From positions 1-64,000 of IMG/VR virus record IMGVR_UViG_2865859272_000007: DNA of 64,000 nt; one strand, written 5' to 3'. A program made the position numbers and the translations under genes. The notes beneath the pieces were generated by a model, which had not been told where the DNA came from, ran no database searches, and saw only the letters and a program-made list of their open reading frames with translations. Shown here piece after piece: positions 17,050 through 26,424 of the stretch (position 1 is its first letter; every line of letters starts with the position of its first letter). The stretch is from a virus. Its lineage: Duplodnaviria > Caudoviricetes.

Positions 17050-17928
17050 ATGCGGAAGGAGGGGTGGGCGCGTCGGCGTAAGGAACTCGACCTGATGCGC
17101 GCCAGGGGTATCGATCAGTACGTGCCCAACGACCAGCTCGTGGAACACCTGCGGTTCCTGGAGCGGTGGTGGCCTCGTACCGTGATCGCGGAGCGTATCG
17201 GGATGAGCCCCACGTTCGTACACGACCACCTGGAGGGGCGTTGTGTGCGGGTGCACCGGGACCATCTGGCGAAGGTGCTGGCGGTCACCGTCCCCGAGGA
17301 CGAGCGGGTTACTGACGAGGACCGGTTCCTCGGTGCTCAGCGCATGGCCCGCGGCCTGATCGCGAAGGGGTTCACGTCGCGGGTCATAGCCGAGCATGCC
17401 GGGATGTCCGAGGAGTCGATGCGTTCGCTGACGTCGGGCACGAACCGGAACTGGCAGGGCATGAAGCCGTGGACGTACGAGCGTTTTCTGCGTGCGGCGG
17501 AGAAGCTGGACGCGGCCAGCCCGGGGGACTACGGCGTCTGCACAACGGCACAAAAGACCAACAAGACGCGGTCGGTGCAGAAGCATTGGGCGCCGCTCGG
17601 CTGCTGGGAACTGGCCGAGATCCACAAGCCCGATGCCATCCCAGAGTGGACGGGGGCATGCGGCACCGAGCAGGGCTACCAGATCCACTACCGGGAGAAA
17701 CACGAGTTTCCCGACCCCGAACTGGGCACGGTCAGGGCCTGCGGGCCATGCCGCGAAGCCCACCGGGAGTACCGGCGCCGAAACCCGCAGGCGCCCCCGT
17801 GGGAACCGCACGCCGCCGCCGTACGCGAACTCATCGCCGACGGCCTGGGCGACACGGACATCGCCGCCGAGCTCGGCATCAACCCGCGAACCGTCGAACG
17901 CATCCGCAAACCGAGGAGGAAACAATGA
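17050..17928 (+). CDS. Putative DNA-binding regulator (HTH repeats, CxxC, C-terminal HTH)
   Basis: CGTEQGY...H...CGPC; DIAAELGINPRTVERIR. Confidence 0.65.
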   Translation: MRKEGWARRRKELDLMRARGIDQYVPNDQLVEHLRFLERWWPRTVIAERIGMSPTFVHDHLEGRCVRVHRDHLAKVLAVTVPEDERVTDEDRFLGAQRMARGLIAKGFTSRVIAEHAGMSEESMRSLTSGTNRNWQGMKPWTYERFLRAAEKLDAASPGDYGVCTTAQKTNKTRSVQKHWAPLGCWELAEIHKPDAIPEWTGACGTEQGYQIHYREKHEFPDPELGTVRACGPCREAHREYRRRNPQAPPWEPHAAAVRELIADGLGDTDIAAELGINPRTVERIRKPRRKQ

Positions 17929-18293
17929 CTAAACCCGAAATCAACCAGGAACTCTTCCAGAAGATCCGCGACCAGTTTGTGCTACATCCCGAAACACACG
18001 CCCAACGGGACTGGGAAAGCTATGCCACCTGCGGCACTCAACGGTGCGTCGCAGGCTGGGCGCTCCACTTCCACAAGCCGCACCAGGACATTGACACGAC
18101 CCGCAAGGAAGTGCTCTACACCCACGACAAGTACCATTTCAACCTCAACGGCGGCTACGAGGAGAGCGCCCGGATAATCCTCGGCCTCACCCCGGACGAG
18201 GCCACCCGCCTCTTCTACGAGATGGATGACAGCGCGGCCCGACGCATGGTCGAACTGTACGCGCTGAAGGGCCGCAACCGGGATCTTGCATGA
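17925..18293 (+). CDS. Conserved phage hypothetical protein
   Basis: CGTQRCVAGWA...LGLTPDEATRLF. Confidence 0.65.
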   Translation: MTKPEINQELFQKIRDQFVLHPETHAQRDWESYATCGTQRCVAGWALHFHKPHQDIDTTRKEVLYTHDKYHFNLNGGYEESARIILGLTPDEATRLFYEMDDSAARRMVELYALKGRNRDLA

Positions 18294-18442
18294 GTGACAC
18301 CGAGCGCGACGCCCGCATCCTCGCCGGCCAACACATCCACAGCCGCTACCCAGAAGGCGACGAACACTGCCACGGCGGCACCTCCGCCCACCTGTGCTCA
18401 CAGTGGGAGCGGCAGCTCGAAGAATGGCGAGAAGGACTATGA
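18290..18442 (+). CDS. Small hypothetical protein
   Basis: ATGA overlaps at both ends. Confidence 0.45.
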   Translation: MSDTERDARILAGQHIHSRYPEGDEHCHGGTSAHLCSQWERQLEEWREGL

Positions 18443-18756
18443 GCATCACCGCTATCAAGCCGGAACTGGTGCCCGCTCCCTGCGACTGTTACGGGCACCC
18501 CGAACCTCTCAGAACCACCTTTGCTCCACCCTGGCTATCAACCTGCGGCTACGCCCACTGGAAGTACGGAACGACATACCACGATGGCGTCAAGATCTCT
18601 GCGGAGGCCGCGAACAACAACAAGATGAACACCCGCTGGTTCATCGACGACATCGAAGTCACCCATGCGGAAGCGCATGACGCCCTATTCCCCAACGGGC
18701 ACCGGACAGCAGGCAACTGTGACGTCGGATCCTGCGCCAAGGCAGCAAAACCATGA
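18439..18756 (+). CDS. Hypothetical protein
   Basis: Coupled ORF. Confidence 0.55.
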   Translation: MSITAIKPELVPAPCDCYGHPEPLRTTFAPPWLSTCGYAHWKYGTTYHDGVKISAEAANNNKMNTRWFIDDIEVTHAEAHDALFPNGHRTAGNCDVGSCAKAAKP

Positions 18757-19040
18757 TCTTCCTTAGAGCCGCCCTCACCGCCACGCAGCTCGCCGTCGCC
18801 GGCCTCGTCATCGCCACCGCCCCACCACCCGGACCCGGCGACGACCACGCCCCCGACCCACGGCCCGCCGCCGAAACCCTCCGCGACAGCATCGCCGACA
18901 CCGACACGGGCGGCGTCGAGGTCACTGTCGACGGCGCCGCCGTCGTCGTCCACACCGGGGCCGGGCAACGCTTCGACGCCGTGTGGATCACCCAAGACAC
19001 CGACGGAAGTTGGACCATCGTAGAGAGGGCTCCGGAATGA
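18753..19040 (+). CDS. Putative secreted/membrane protein
   Basis: N-terminal hydrophobic segment followed by a Pro-rich linker. Confidence 0.55.
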   Translation: MIFLRAALTATQLAVAGLVIATAPPPGPGDDHAPDPRPAAETLRDSIADTDTGGVEVTVDGAAVVVHTGAGQRFDAVWITQDTDGSWTIVERAPE

Positions 19041-19357
19041 GCAACCAGGAAGAAATCAGGAATATCCTGCGGGAAGCGGCCCGCATCATCGAGCGTGACG
19101 GCTGGCACCAGGGCGACTTTTTCCGGGACGATCCGAAGACGGGGCCGGTGTGTGCGCTTGGCGCTCTTCGGCGGGCCATCGCCAGCAGCGCCTCAGGCGA
19201 AGCCGTCAGTGGCAAACTGTACTGCGAGGCCGCCGGCCTGGTCGAGAAGGCCGCCAGCGAGGTCATTCCTCGTGTCGTCCTTCCGGCGTGGAATGACGCT
19301 CCTGAGCGGACCGCCGAGGACGTTATTCTCGCGTTGAAGCGGGCCGCCGATGGGTGA
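19037..19357 (+). CDS. DUF6197-like protein, paralog 2 of 3
   Basis: LREAARII...GWHQG...CALGAL...WND...TAEDVILALKRAA. Confidence 0.7.
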   Translation: MSNQEEIRNILREAARIIERDGWHQGDFFRDDPKTGPVCALGALRRAIASSASGEAVSGKLYCEAAGLVEKAASEVIPRVVLPAWNDAPERTAEDVILALKRAADG

Positions 19358-19790
19358 CCACACGCCCCTGGACGGGTTCATGGCCGAGGCGGACCGGTGG
19401 CGGTCGGAGCACCCGTGGCGGTGCCGTTGGGGGCGGGTCTGGCGGCGTGCCGGCGATGTGTGGCGTGCCGTGCGCTTGGAGCCGGTGTGGGCGTGGCAGC
19501 GGGCCCGGCGCGGCTACTCCGAACGCGACCTGTGGTCGCTGGACACCTACATTGCCGGCGTCGTCGGGGCCGGCGTCCAGCATCTCAAGGAGGTCAAGCA
19601 CAGCCATCCTGTTGAGGTCACCGAGCAGGAGTGGGACGACATCCTCGACCGCATTGCGGGGCCGCTACTCGCGTACGCGGAAGGCAAGTTCGATCCCGGG
19701 CTCAGCTTTGAGGACGAGCTGGTGCAGTACGAGGCTGCGCGTGAGGCGATGCGGTTGTTCGCTGAGCACCTGGGCTCGATGTGGGACTGA
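19350..19790 (+). CDS. Conserved phage hypothetical protein
   Basis: WQRARRGYSERDLWSLD...EWDDILDRI...LFAEHLGSMWD. Confidence 0.7.
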   Translation: MGDHTPLDGFMAEADRWRSEHPWRCRWGRVWRRAGDVWRAVRLEPVWAWQRARRGYSERDLWSLDTYIAGVVGAGVQHLKEVKHSHPVEVTEQEWDDILDRIAGPLLAYAEGKFDPGLSFEDELVQYEAAREAMRLFAEHLGSMWD

Positions 19791-19795
19791 CCCTC

Positions 19796-20056
19796 TCAGC
19801 GAGACAGCGGCTCGAAGGACACGGTCGGGGCGATGAGCCGACCGCGTCCGTCGGCCACGGCACGCCCGTAGTCGATCAACGTGTTGTTGACCTCGGCCTC
19901 GACGTGGTCCTCGGGCGACTGGCAGCCAGGGCAGCGGTACCCGGCCAGCCTGCCGTTCGCCATGACGGCGTTCCATTCCTGAAAGTCGCTGCCGTCCTTC
20001 CAGCATGCCCGGCCGCACGTGTCACAGTATCCGACCGGCCCAATCCTGCGCCCCAC
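19796..20056 (-). CDS. Small zinc-ribbon protein (leftward cassette)
   Basis: CDTC...CPGC...EAEVN. Confidence 0.55.
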   Translation of the reverse strand: MGRRIGPVGYCDTCGRACWKDGSDFQEWNAVMANGRLAGYRCPGCQSPEDHVEAEVNNTLIDYGRAVADGRGRLIAPTVSFEPLSR

Positions 20057-20105
20057 ACCAACCGCCCAGTGTCCGTATCCCGGTAGCCCCCGTACAGCGT
20101 AGCGG

Positions 20106-20435
20106 CTACTGGCGCTGCCGGTTCTGGGCTTTGATCTGGCCGAGTAGTTGCGGCGCCAGCTCCCACGGGAACTCGTCGTGCGGCGGCATGGCGAGGATCT
20201 GCCACAGCCACACCGCCCAGTCTCGGGGCATGGTCAGCGTGAACCGCTGGTGGTGGCTGATGGCGGCCCCGTCGTACATGGCCCGCGCCCAGGCAGCGAC
20301 CGCCAGGCGGCCAGCGTCGTGCGCCTCCGGCCACGGGTGGCACATCGACCAGTCCTCCATGCGTTCGGCAACGCACAGCCAGTCCAGGGCCTCGAAGGTG
20401 ACCTGGTACGACGCCTTCCGCAGTTCGATCCTCAC
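20106..20435 (-). CDS. Hypothetical protein (leftward cassette)
   Basis: GTG start overlapping the upstream minus-strand stop. Confidence 0.45.
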   Translation of the reverse strand: MRIELRKASYQVTFEALDWLCVAERMEDWSMCHPWPEAHDAGRLAVAAWARAMYDGAAISHHQRFTLTMPRDWAVWLWQILAMPPHDEFPWELAPQLLGQIKAQNRQRQ

Positions 20436-20752
20436 CGGGCGGCCTCGATGCCGAGAGCAGCCAGCAGCCTGGAGGCTTCGGCCCTGATCTCGTCCGCGGT
20501 GTCCCAGAAGGTGTCGAAATACTCGACGACCTTCTTGTCCATGAGCGTCGGGTCGTCCTCGTGCCCGTCCTCGTCGCGGTGGGCGTCGCGGACCTCGGAC
20601 CACTCCGCGTTCAGCACCTCCCACGCCCTGATCGCATCAAGCAGCGGTGAGGGATCAAATGTCAGCCATGCGTCTGATCGTACACAGGCCGGCCCCAACC
20701 GAAAGAGAAACGAGTACATGACCATATTCGCTTGGGTGCTCATTGCGCTCAT
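20432..20752 (-). CDS. Hypothetical protein (leftward cassette; start uncertain)
   Basis: Protein-like acidic helical sequence. Confidence 0.45.
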   Translation of the reverse strand: MSAMSTQANMVMYSFLFRLGPACVRSDAWLTFDPSPLLDAIRAWEVLNAEWSEVRDAHRDEDGHEDDPTLMDKKVVEYFDTFWDTADEIRAEASRLLAALGIEAAR

Positions 20753-20876
20753 CGGGATACCCGGGGTTATTGCCCTGCTGTACGCGGCCTTTGTGGAGCC
20801 AGCCGTTGCCTTCGCCCTCGGCGTCGTATCCCTGGCCCTCGTATTCGGCTGGGCGCTTTCGGTGGTGGTGCAATGA
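20718..20876 (+). CDS. Small two-TM membrane protein
   Basis: Almost entirely hydrophobic. Confidence 0.55.
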   Translation: MTIFAWVLIALIGIPGVIALLYAAFVEPAVAFALGVVSLALVFGWALSVVVQ

Positions 20877-20919
20877 CCCCGTCAACCGCGAAAGTCGCCT
20901 CAGAGGGGAAGGTGCTGCT

Positions 20920-21078
20920 GTGAACACCGTCAACTTCACCGACGAGGAACTCCTCGCCCTCGCCGAATTCTTCAAGCCCGAAGGCGGCAGCATGGATGAC
21001 GCCATCTTCGACCGCATCGGCCGACGGCTGCTCGTCGTCGCTGCCAAGGCCGACCTCATCGACCCGGAGGTGGCGTGA
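20920..21078 (+). CDS. ADLIDPEV-family small protein
   Basis: C-terminal ADLIDPEVA. Confidence 0.6.
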   Translation: MNTVNFTDEELLALAEFFKPEGGSMDDAIFDRIGRRLLVVAAKADLIDPEVA

Positions 21079-21353
21079 TGGGCGCCCCTGAGATGTATCC
21101 CGAGGTGTACGCCGAGCACCTGACCGGCGACCCCGTATACGACAAGGCATTCATCGCCCTGGCCGATTGCCCCAGCTTCGCCCAGGTTGAGGCGGCACTG
21201 AAAACCTACGCTCGCGGACTGGCCGAGAAAATCCGGGAGGAGTCCCGCTTCTATGTATTGGAGTCCCCTACCGGGCACCGCTTTGACCCATACATGAGGG
21301 CGGCAGGCGTCATGGCCGCAGCCGCCGACCTCATCGACCCGGAGGTGACGTAA
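21078..21353 (+). CDS. ADLIDPEV-family small protein
   Basis: YARGLAEKIRE...AADLIDPEVT. Confidence 0.65.
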   Translation: MGAPEMYPEVYAEHLTGDPVYDKAFIALADCPSFAQVEAALKTYARGLAEKIREESRFYVLESPTGHRFDPYMRAAGVMAAAADLIDPEVT

Positions 21354-21580
21354 TGAGCGCACGAGACAAGCTGGCGACCGTCGTAGCCGCATCGGTTAAC
21401 GATGTGCAGGACGAGTCGGTGTTCTACAGCGCCCGGCAAGCTGGCGCCGACATCATGAAGGCGGTAGACGTCTACGCCCACGAGCTGGCGGAGATGATCC
21501 GGGACAACTGCAACTGCCCTTCTAAGGGCTACTGCGATTGTGACGGCGCCGCCGACCTCATCGACCCGGAGGCGTCGTGA
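21353..21580 (+). CDS. ADLIDPEV-family small protein
   Basis: YAHELAEMIRD...AADLIDPEAS. Confidence 0.65.
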   Translation: MSARDKLATVVAASVNDVQDESVFYSARQAGADIMKAVDVYAHELAEMIRDNCNCPSKGYCDCDGAADLIDPEAS

Positions 21581-21750
21581 GATGGAAGTTCTGCCTTCAC
21601 AAGGGCGCGGCCTGGTGCTGGATGTGCCACGCGTTCCACTGCGACCCGTTCGTTGACATCACCACCCTCAGCGACCCGAAGCGCGTCTACTTCTGCCAGT
21701 TGTGCAGCGGGTTCAAGTACGAGGACTACGACGAGGAGGAGTTCGAATGA
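21577..21750 (+). CDS. Small Cys-rich protein (not in track)
   Basis: MRWKFCLHKGAAWCWMC...FCQLC; GTGA/ATGA overlaps. Confidence 0.45.
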   Translation: MRWKFCLHKGAAWCWMCHAFHCDPFVDITTLSDPKRVYFCQLCSGFKYEDYDEEEFE

Positions 21751-22046
21751 CCGCCCGCGACCGCTTCTTCACCGCCTACAACGACCCCGGTGAATGCTAT
21801 TGCGGCGGAACGTACTGCCTATCGCTTGAGCATCTCGTCGACACCCTTCTCCGCGAACACGCCCACGAGCTGGCGGAGAGGCTCCGGGAGGAGTTGGGCA
21901 ACTGTACATCCTCCTACTCCTGGGATAGCCACAGTCGAAGGTGTCGCGAATACCACTACCGCGAAGGCGACGACGCGCCGCGAGTCCCCTGCGATGACTA
22001 CACATCCGAGGACGCCGCCGACCTCATCGACCCGGAGGTGTCATGA
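21747..22046 (+). CDS. ADLIDPEV-family small protein
   Basis: MTARDRFFTAYND...HAHELAERLRE...AADLIDPEVS. Confidence 0.65.
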   Translation: MTARDRFFTAYNDPGECYCGGTYCLSLEHLVDTLLREHAHELAERLREELGNCTSSYSWDSHSRRCREYHYREGDDAPRVPCDDYTSEDAADLIDPEVS

Positions 22047-22357
22047 CCGACAACCCCATCAAGACCTACACCTACGTATTCGACATCGAAGAAGCGCGGC
22101 GTTCGCTGTTCAGGCGGCCGAGATATGACCTCAAGGTGTTCCTGAACGTTGGGGATCCGTATCCGTACGAACATGTTGGCCAGCAATACGGCTTCAGGAC
22201 CTACGACCAGGCTTACGAGGCGGGCAGGCGTGCAGCTCAAGAGGACTACGAGCGCCGACTCTTCGAGTACTGGAAAGACGGGCAGCACGGTCTGGTACCC
22301 AAGATCCCGCCATCGCGTAAGCGGGTCACCTACCACCCGGAGGGCACCGATGACTGA
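22043..22357 (+). CDS. Hypothetical protein
   Basis: Uses the repeat's GGAGG as RBS. Confidence 0.55.
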   Translation: MTDNPIKTYTYVFDIEEARRSLFRRPRYDLKVFLNVGDPYPYEHVGQQYGFRTYDQAYEAGRRAAQEDYERRLFEYWKDGQHGLVPKIPPSRKRVTYHPEGTDD

Positions 22358-22880
22358 CACCCTCATCGACGCCCGAGGCGTCCCCATCACCCCCGGCGAC
22401 ACCGCCATCTACGGCTTCACCGTGGGCCGCAGTGTCGCGATGGCCGAGGCCGTCGTCCTCGGGGAGCTGGTCGGCCCCGACCTGCCTCCCGGCGTCACTG
22501 CTGCCATCGTACTGGAGGAGAAGGTGTCGCTGACGCCGTCGGGGCGGGTCCGCCTCCGCGTCGTCCGCAGGTCGTACGGCGGCGGCGAGAAGCCCGTCGT
22601 GGACGTCGCCCCTGACCGGCTGGTGGTTTTGAAGCGCGAGTCCGTCATTGTCGGCGACGTCGTTTGCTCCGGCTTCCCCTACCTCCCGCCGTTGCCGACG
22701 CAGGACGAGGAGGCGAGGGCGAAGATCGAGAGGGCGATCGAGTCCTACAAGCGCGGCCTCCGGGCGACGGAGGTGCCGCCCTTCTGGGCCGGGGAGGATG
22801 GCGACCTCCTCGGTTACCACGTCTGGTGCGCAGAACGCCTGGCCGACTGCCACGAGGAGTTGGAGAAACTCGATGAGTGA
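22350..22880 (+). CDS. Hypothetical protein (SH3-like N-terminus)
   Basis: DARGVPITPGDTAIY...; ggagg RBS. Confidence 0.6.
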   Translation: MTDTLIDARGVPITPGDTAIYGFTVGRSVAMAEAVVLGELVGPDLPPGVTAAIVLEEKVSLTPSGRVRLRVVRRSYGGGEKPVVDVAPDRLVVLKRESVIVGDVVCSGFPYLPPLPTQDEEARAKIERAIESYKRGLRATEVPPFWAGEDGDLLGYHVWCAERLADCHEELEKLDE

Positions 22881-23082
22881 GAGGTCCGACCGCGACAAGG
22901 TGTACGACGCCCTCAGCGAGCTGTACGTCTCGCATCAGCGCGGAGCTGCCCCGTTCTGGGCCAAGTCGCCACACAACTGCACCAGTTGCGAGGCACGCAT
23001 GGCGAAGGTCATGGCCGTCGTGGACGAGTACGCCGAGGAGGTCGCCTATCAGGCGGTCCGGGAGTACAGGGGGTTCGCCTGA
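22873..23082 (+). CDS. Hypothetical protein (distant ADLIDPEV-family relative)
   Basis: RDKVYDAL...VDEYAEEVA. Confidence 0.5.
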   Translation: MSERSDRDKVYDALSELYVSHQRGAAPFWAKSPHNCTSCEARMAKVMAVVDEYAEEVAYQAVREYRGFA

Positions 23083-23223
23083 TGGGATACGGACCCTCGA
23101 AGAGGCCGATCAGGATTGCCGGGCGAGTGGACTGGTGGTGGGCCTGGCGGGCGTGCACCTGGCGCGGGCGCGCCCGGCTTGTCGCCACCGATCTGGCCTG
23201 GTACGCGTGGAGGACTGACCGTG

Positions 23224-23460
23224 ATGAGTGAGAGCGCTGAGCTGCCGAGGTTCGTCCGGCGTCACCTGCCGGGCGAGATCGTGGACGAGATCTTCGCTTA
23301 CGAGGCGAAGATCGACGGCGAATGGGGCTGCTGCTGCTCCCGCGGCCAGATCGAGCGCGGGGGGTGTCCGAACACCGACGTGGACCAGATCCAGATCCTC
23401 CGCCTCCTCGCCCGGCAGTGGCGGTGGGGCCCCGGCTTCCAGAGCAGGTGGGATTTCTGA
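23224..23460 (+). CDS. Hypothetical protein
   Basis: LRLLARQW...PGFQSRW motif. Confidence 0.5.
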   Translation: MSESAELPRFVRRHLPGEIVDEIFAYEAKIDGEWGCCCSRGQIERGGCPNTDVDQIQILRLLARQWRWGPGFQSRWDF

Positions 23461-23846
23461 TGGAGCTGGAGGAGCGCTTCTGGTCGAAGGTCGACTGGGA
23501 TATCCACGATGAAGATCGTTGCTGGGCATGGGAGGCCACAAAGATCTGGAACGGATACGGGCGCTTCAAGGTGACCCGCACCTGTCTGGGTCTAGCGCAC
23601 CGTATCGCCTATGAGTTGGAGGTAGGCGAGATTCCAGAGGGTATGGTCATTGACCACCAATGCGGCGTCCGGCATTGCGTAAACCCCTCCCACCTTCGCG
23701 CGGTTACCCCAAGGCAGAACACCCTAATGGGCAACGGGCCGACCGCCGTCAACGCCCGTAAGGTCAACTGCCGCTGCGGTGGTCCCTATCGACAGATCAA
23801 GCTGCAACGCATATGTGAGAGGTGTGATTATGGCAGGGCGTCCTGA
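23460..23846 (+). CDS. HNH endonuclease
   Basis: RFWSKV...CWAW...GYGRF...AHRIAY...IDHQC...CVNPSHL...RQN. Confidence 0.9.
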   Translation: MELEERFWSKVDWDIHDEDRCWAWEATKIWNGYGRFKVTRTCLGLAHRIAYELEVGEIPEGMVIDHQCGVRHCVNPSHLRAVTPRQNTLMGNGPTAVNARKVNCRCGGPYRQIKLQRICERCDYGRAS

Positions 23847-24357
23847 CCGTGATGAATGGCATCTCCGTGGTGCGCAGTGGCTTTCCGAACAAGGTGACTG
23901 CACCCGCCGCAAGGTCGGCGCCCTCATCGTCGGCCCCGACAAGCGGTTCCTCGGCATGGGCTACAACGGCGGCCGACCCGGCGGCCCGAGCTGCCTCGAA
24001 GGGGATTGTCCAAGAGGACGGCACTACGAGCGGCCCCCGAAGCACCCCTGGCGACGGAACTGCCAATGCGTGGACTGCGATCCCGACCGCTGCGCCTGCG
24101 GCAACGCCTGGCCCTGCCAGCAGGCCGCCCAGCCGGGTGAGGGCTACGACGGCGTCGGCCTGGCGTCCTGGAAGTGCATCGCCACCCACGCCGAAGCCAA
24201 CGCCGTCGCCGACGCCATGCAGCGCGGCGCCGGGCGCCTCGCCGGAGCCGTCATGTACATCTCCTGCGAACCCTGCGATGGCTGCGTGCGGCACATCCGC
24301 AACACGACCGACATCAAGGCCATCGTCTGGCCGAACGGAAAGATAGGACTGCCATGA
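23830..24357 (+). CDS. dCMP deaminase
   Basis: CTRRKVGALIV, GYNG, HAEANA, EPCDGC. Confidence 0.9.
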   Translation: MAGRPDRDEWHLRGAQWLSEQGDCTRRKVGALIVGPDKRFLGMGYNGGRPGGPSCLEGDCPRGRHYERPPKHPWRRNCQCVDCDPDRCACGNAWPCQQAAQPGEGYDGVGLASWKCIATHAEANAVADAMQRGAGRLAGAVMYISCEPCDGCVRHIRNTTDIKAIVWPNGKIGLP

Positions 24358-24707
24358 ACTACAGGCGCCTCGCCCTCCTGGTCGGCACCCCCGCCGGCGT
24401 CGCGGCCTGGTACGGACTGTGGGTGGTGCTGTTCTCGACGGTCATCTCCCCAATGGCAGACACGAACGCCTGGGGCTCGGCAGTCCTGGTGGCGCTCTTG
24501 TTCACCGGCATGGCCGTTTTCGTCGGAGCCGCCATATGGACAACTGGACTCCTCGAAGAAGTCTGGGACTGGCTTCACGAATGCGGCTGCAAGAAACAGT
24601 ACGCCTACGGAGAAGGCCGGTACGCGGTCACCCGCCCCTGCAAACGCCACCGACACCGTGCCGCTGAGGACCGAATCCGCGAACTCGAAAAGGAACTGGG
24701 CCTGTGA
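24354..24707 (+). CDS. Membrane protein
   Basis: Two TM helices; C-terminal CGC...PC.RH. Confidence 0.6.
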   Translation: MNYRRLALLVGTPAGVAAWYGLWVVLFSTVISPMADTNAWGSAVLVALLFTGMAVFVGAAIWTTGLLEEVWDWLHECGCKKQYAYGEGRYAVTRPCKRHRHRAAEDRIRELEKELGL

Positions 24708-24967
24708 CCATCATCAACCTCGGCGACCTCGTCCACCGCATCTGCCAGCGCATCGACGCAGACCCCTCCACCGTCTTCCGCCTCAACATCACCCCAACCG
24801 AACTCACCGTCCACACCCACGTCCGCAACGACAACGGCAACTACATGTGGGACACCATCACCGACGCACCCGCCGAAACCATCACAAGATTCCCGATCAG
24901 CACCCAGCTCTCCCACGCCGAAACCAACGCGCTGATCGAAGAACGACTCAAGGAACTCCGATCATGA
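24704..24967 (+). CDS. Hypothetical protein
   Basis: Coupled ORF. Confidence 0.55.
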   Translation: MTIINLGDLVHRICQRIDADPSTVFRLNITPTELTVHTHVRNDNGNYMWDTITDAPAETITRFPISTQLSHAETNALIEERLKELRS

Positions 24968-25716
24968 CCGACCTCTACCCCGGCAGCCTCACCGGATACC
25001 GCCACTTCCACGCCGCCCCCGACAGCGAAACCATCACCTCGGTTTCATTCCGCAACCACCACTGGCACGCCGGCGACAACACCGCCACCTGCCACCGCCA
25101 CCACGACCCGAACCTCTCCACCCCAGACAGCATCGAACAGCAAGCCGCCGCCACCGAAACCGAACTCGCCCACATCTACGACCTGCTACTCAACCGGGCA
25201 GCGCTCGCCAACTCCCCCCTCGCCTACGACCAGTGGCTGTTCCGGCAAGCCGAGCACGGCAGGTTCGAGACGGAAAACCGGCTGGGCCAGCTCTACCGCG
25301 CCCTGGAATCCGTTTCACCGCACCACCGCCTCGCCGGCTGCCGGTGCGGCTTCTACGCCAGCTACGACCCCGCCACCGACTTCTACAACTACCGCGGCGG
25401 CTCCATCACACGCCAGCTCCACGGCGTCGTCGAAGCCTGGGGCACCATCATCCTCGGCACCAAGGGGTTCCGTGCCAGCACCATGCGCATCAAGGCCCTC
25501 GCTCCCGCCTCCGGCTGGGACGACACCCCGGACAAGATCCGGCTCCTTGCCGGCCGCGTCAGCAAGGTTCTGCCGTCCGTGCACTGGTACGACACCACCA
25601 ACGACATGATCGCAGACTGGCCGGAGCCCGACCGCAGCGGCCTCCCCGTCACCATCGACCGCACAGAAACGGGCCTCGGCCAGAATCATTACGGCGGCGA
25701 AGAGTGGGCGCCGTGA
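24964..25716 (+). CDS. Conserved actinophage hypothetical protein
   Basis: LTGYRHF...W..G.N.A.C...CRCGFYA...GVVEAWG.IILGTKGFRA. Confidence 0.7.
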   Translation: MTDLYPGSLTGYRHFHAAPDSETITSVSFRNHHWHAGDNTATCHRHHDPNLSTPDSIEQQAAATETELAHIYDLLLNRAALANSPLAYDQWLFRQAEHGRFETENRLGQLYRALESVSPHHRLAGCRCGFYASYDPATDFYNYRGGSITRQLHGVVEAWGTIILGTKGFRASTMRIKALAPASGWDDTPDKIRLLAGRVSKVLPSVHWYDTTNDMIADWPEPDRSGLPVTIDRTETGLGQNHYGGEEWAP

Positions 25717-25982
25717 GAACCATCATCATCGCCAACACGGGATGGCGACGTCGCCCGCGGCCCGAAGCGCGCAGCGAACACGGTGACCGATACCTGTTCC
25801 TGGAACTCCGCACCCAACAGGACGCCCTGAAAGTCCGCGGCCTGAGCGTGTACGACATCGTCTGGGTGGAACCGGCACCACCCGAAGTCGTCGACGCCGT
25901 CATGCCCTGCCTGGCGTTCGGAACCAGGGCCCCGAGACGCACCTTCGCACGCCCCCCTGACACGAACCGCCCAGCACCCTAA
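25713..25982 (+). CDS. Hypothetical protein
   Basis: GTGA overlap. Confidence 0.4.
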   Translation: MRTIIIANTGWRRRPRPEARSEHGDRYLFLELRTQQDALKVRGLSVYDIVWVEPAPPEVVDAVMPCLAFGTRAPRRTFARPPDTNRPAP

Positions 25983-25993
25983 AAGGACCCGCC

Positions 25994-26227
25994 ATGTACG
26001 AATACATCAACCCCGACAACGACAACATCACCATCGGCGTCGACGTCATCACGAACGGCACCTACACCGTCGTCAACGCCAATACCGCCGACCGCGTCGG
26101 CCTGGGCGTCGCCAAGCGGCACCCCGACGACCAGCACGACACGGACACCGGCGCCTACCTCGCCATCGCCCGCGCCCTCATCGACCTCGGCCAAACCATC
26201 GAAGCCGACATCCGGGCGGCACTGTGA
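25994..26227 (+). CDS. Small phage protein, paralog of 12937-13188
   Basis: aagga RBS; GLGVAKRHPDD. Confidence 0.65.
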   Translation: MYEYINPDNDNITIGVDVITNGTYTVVNANTADRVGLGVAKRHPDDQHDTDTGAYLAIARALIDLGQTIEADIRAAL

Positions 26228-26424
26228 CAACCCGACCCTGCTACTGCCAGGAAAACGACGGCTACCTCGCCGTCCCCGACACCGGCGCCTACCTGATCAT
26301 CGACGGCGCCGTACGCCAAGTCACCTCCAGGTGGGGGGAACTGGGCCCGACCACCGACGGGCGCATCCGGTGGGGACTGGTCACCCAAGACGAGCACGAC
26401 GCCCAGGGAGGCGAATTCAGGTGA
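26224..26424 (+). CDS. Hypothetical protein
   Basis: Coupled ORF. Confidence 0.5.
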   Translation: MTTRPCYCQENDGYLAVPDTGAYLIIDGAVRQVTSRWGELGPTTDGRIRWGLVTQDEHDAQGGEFR

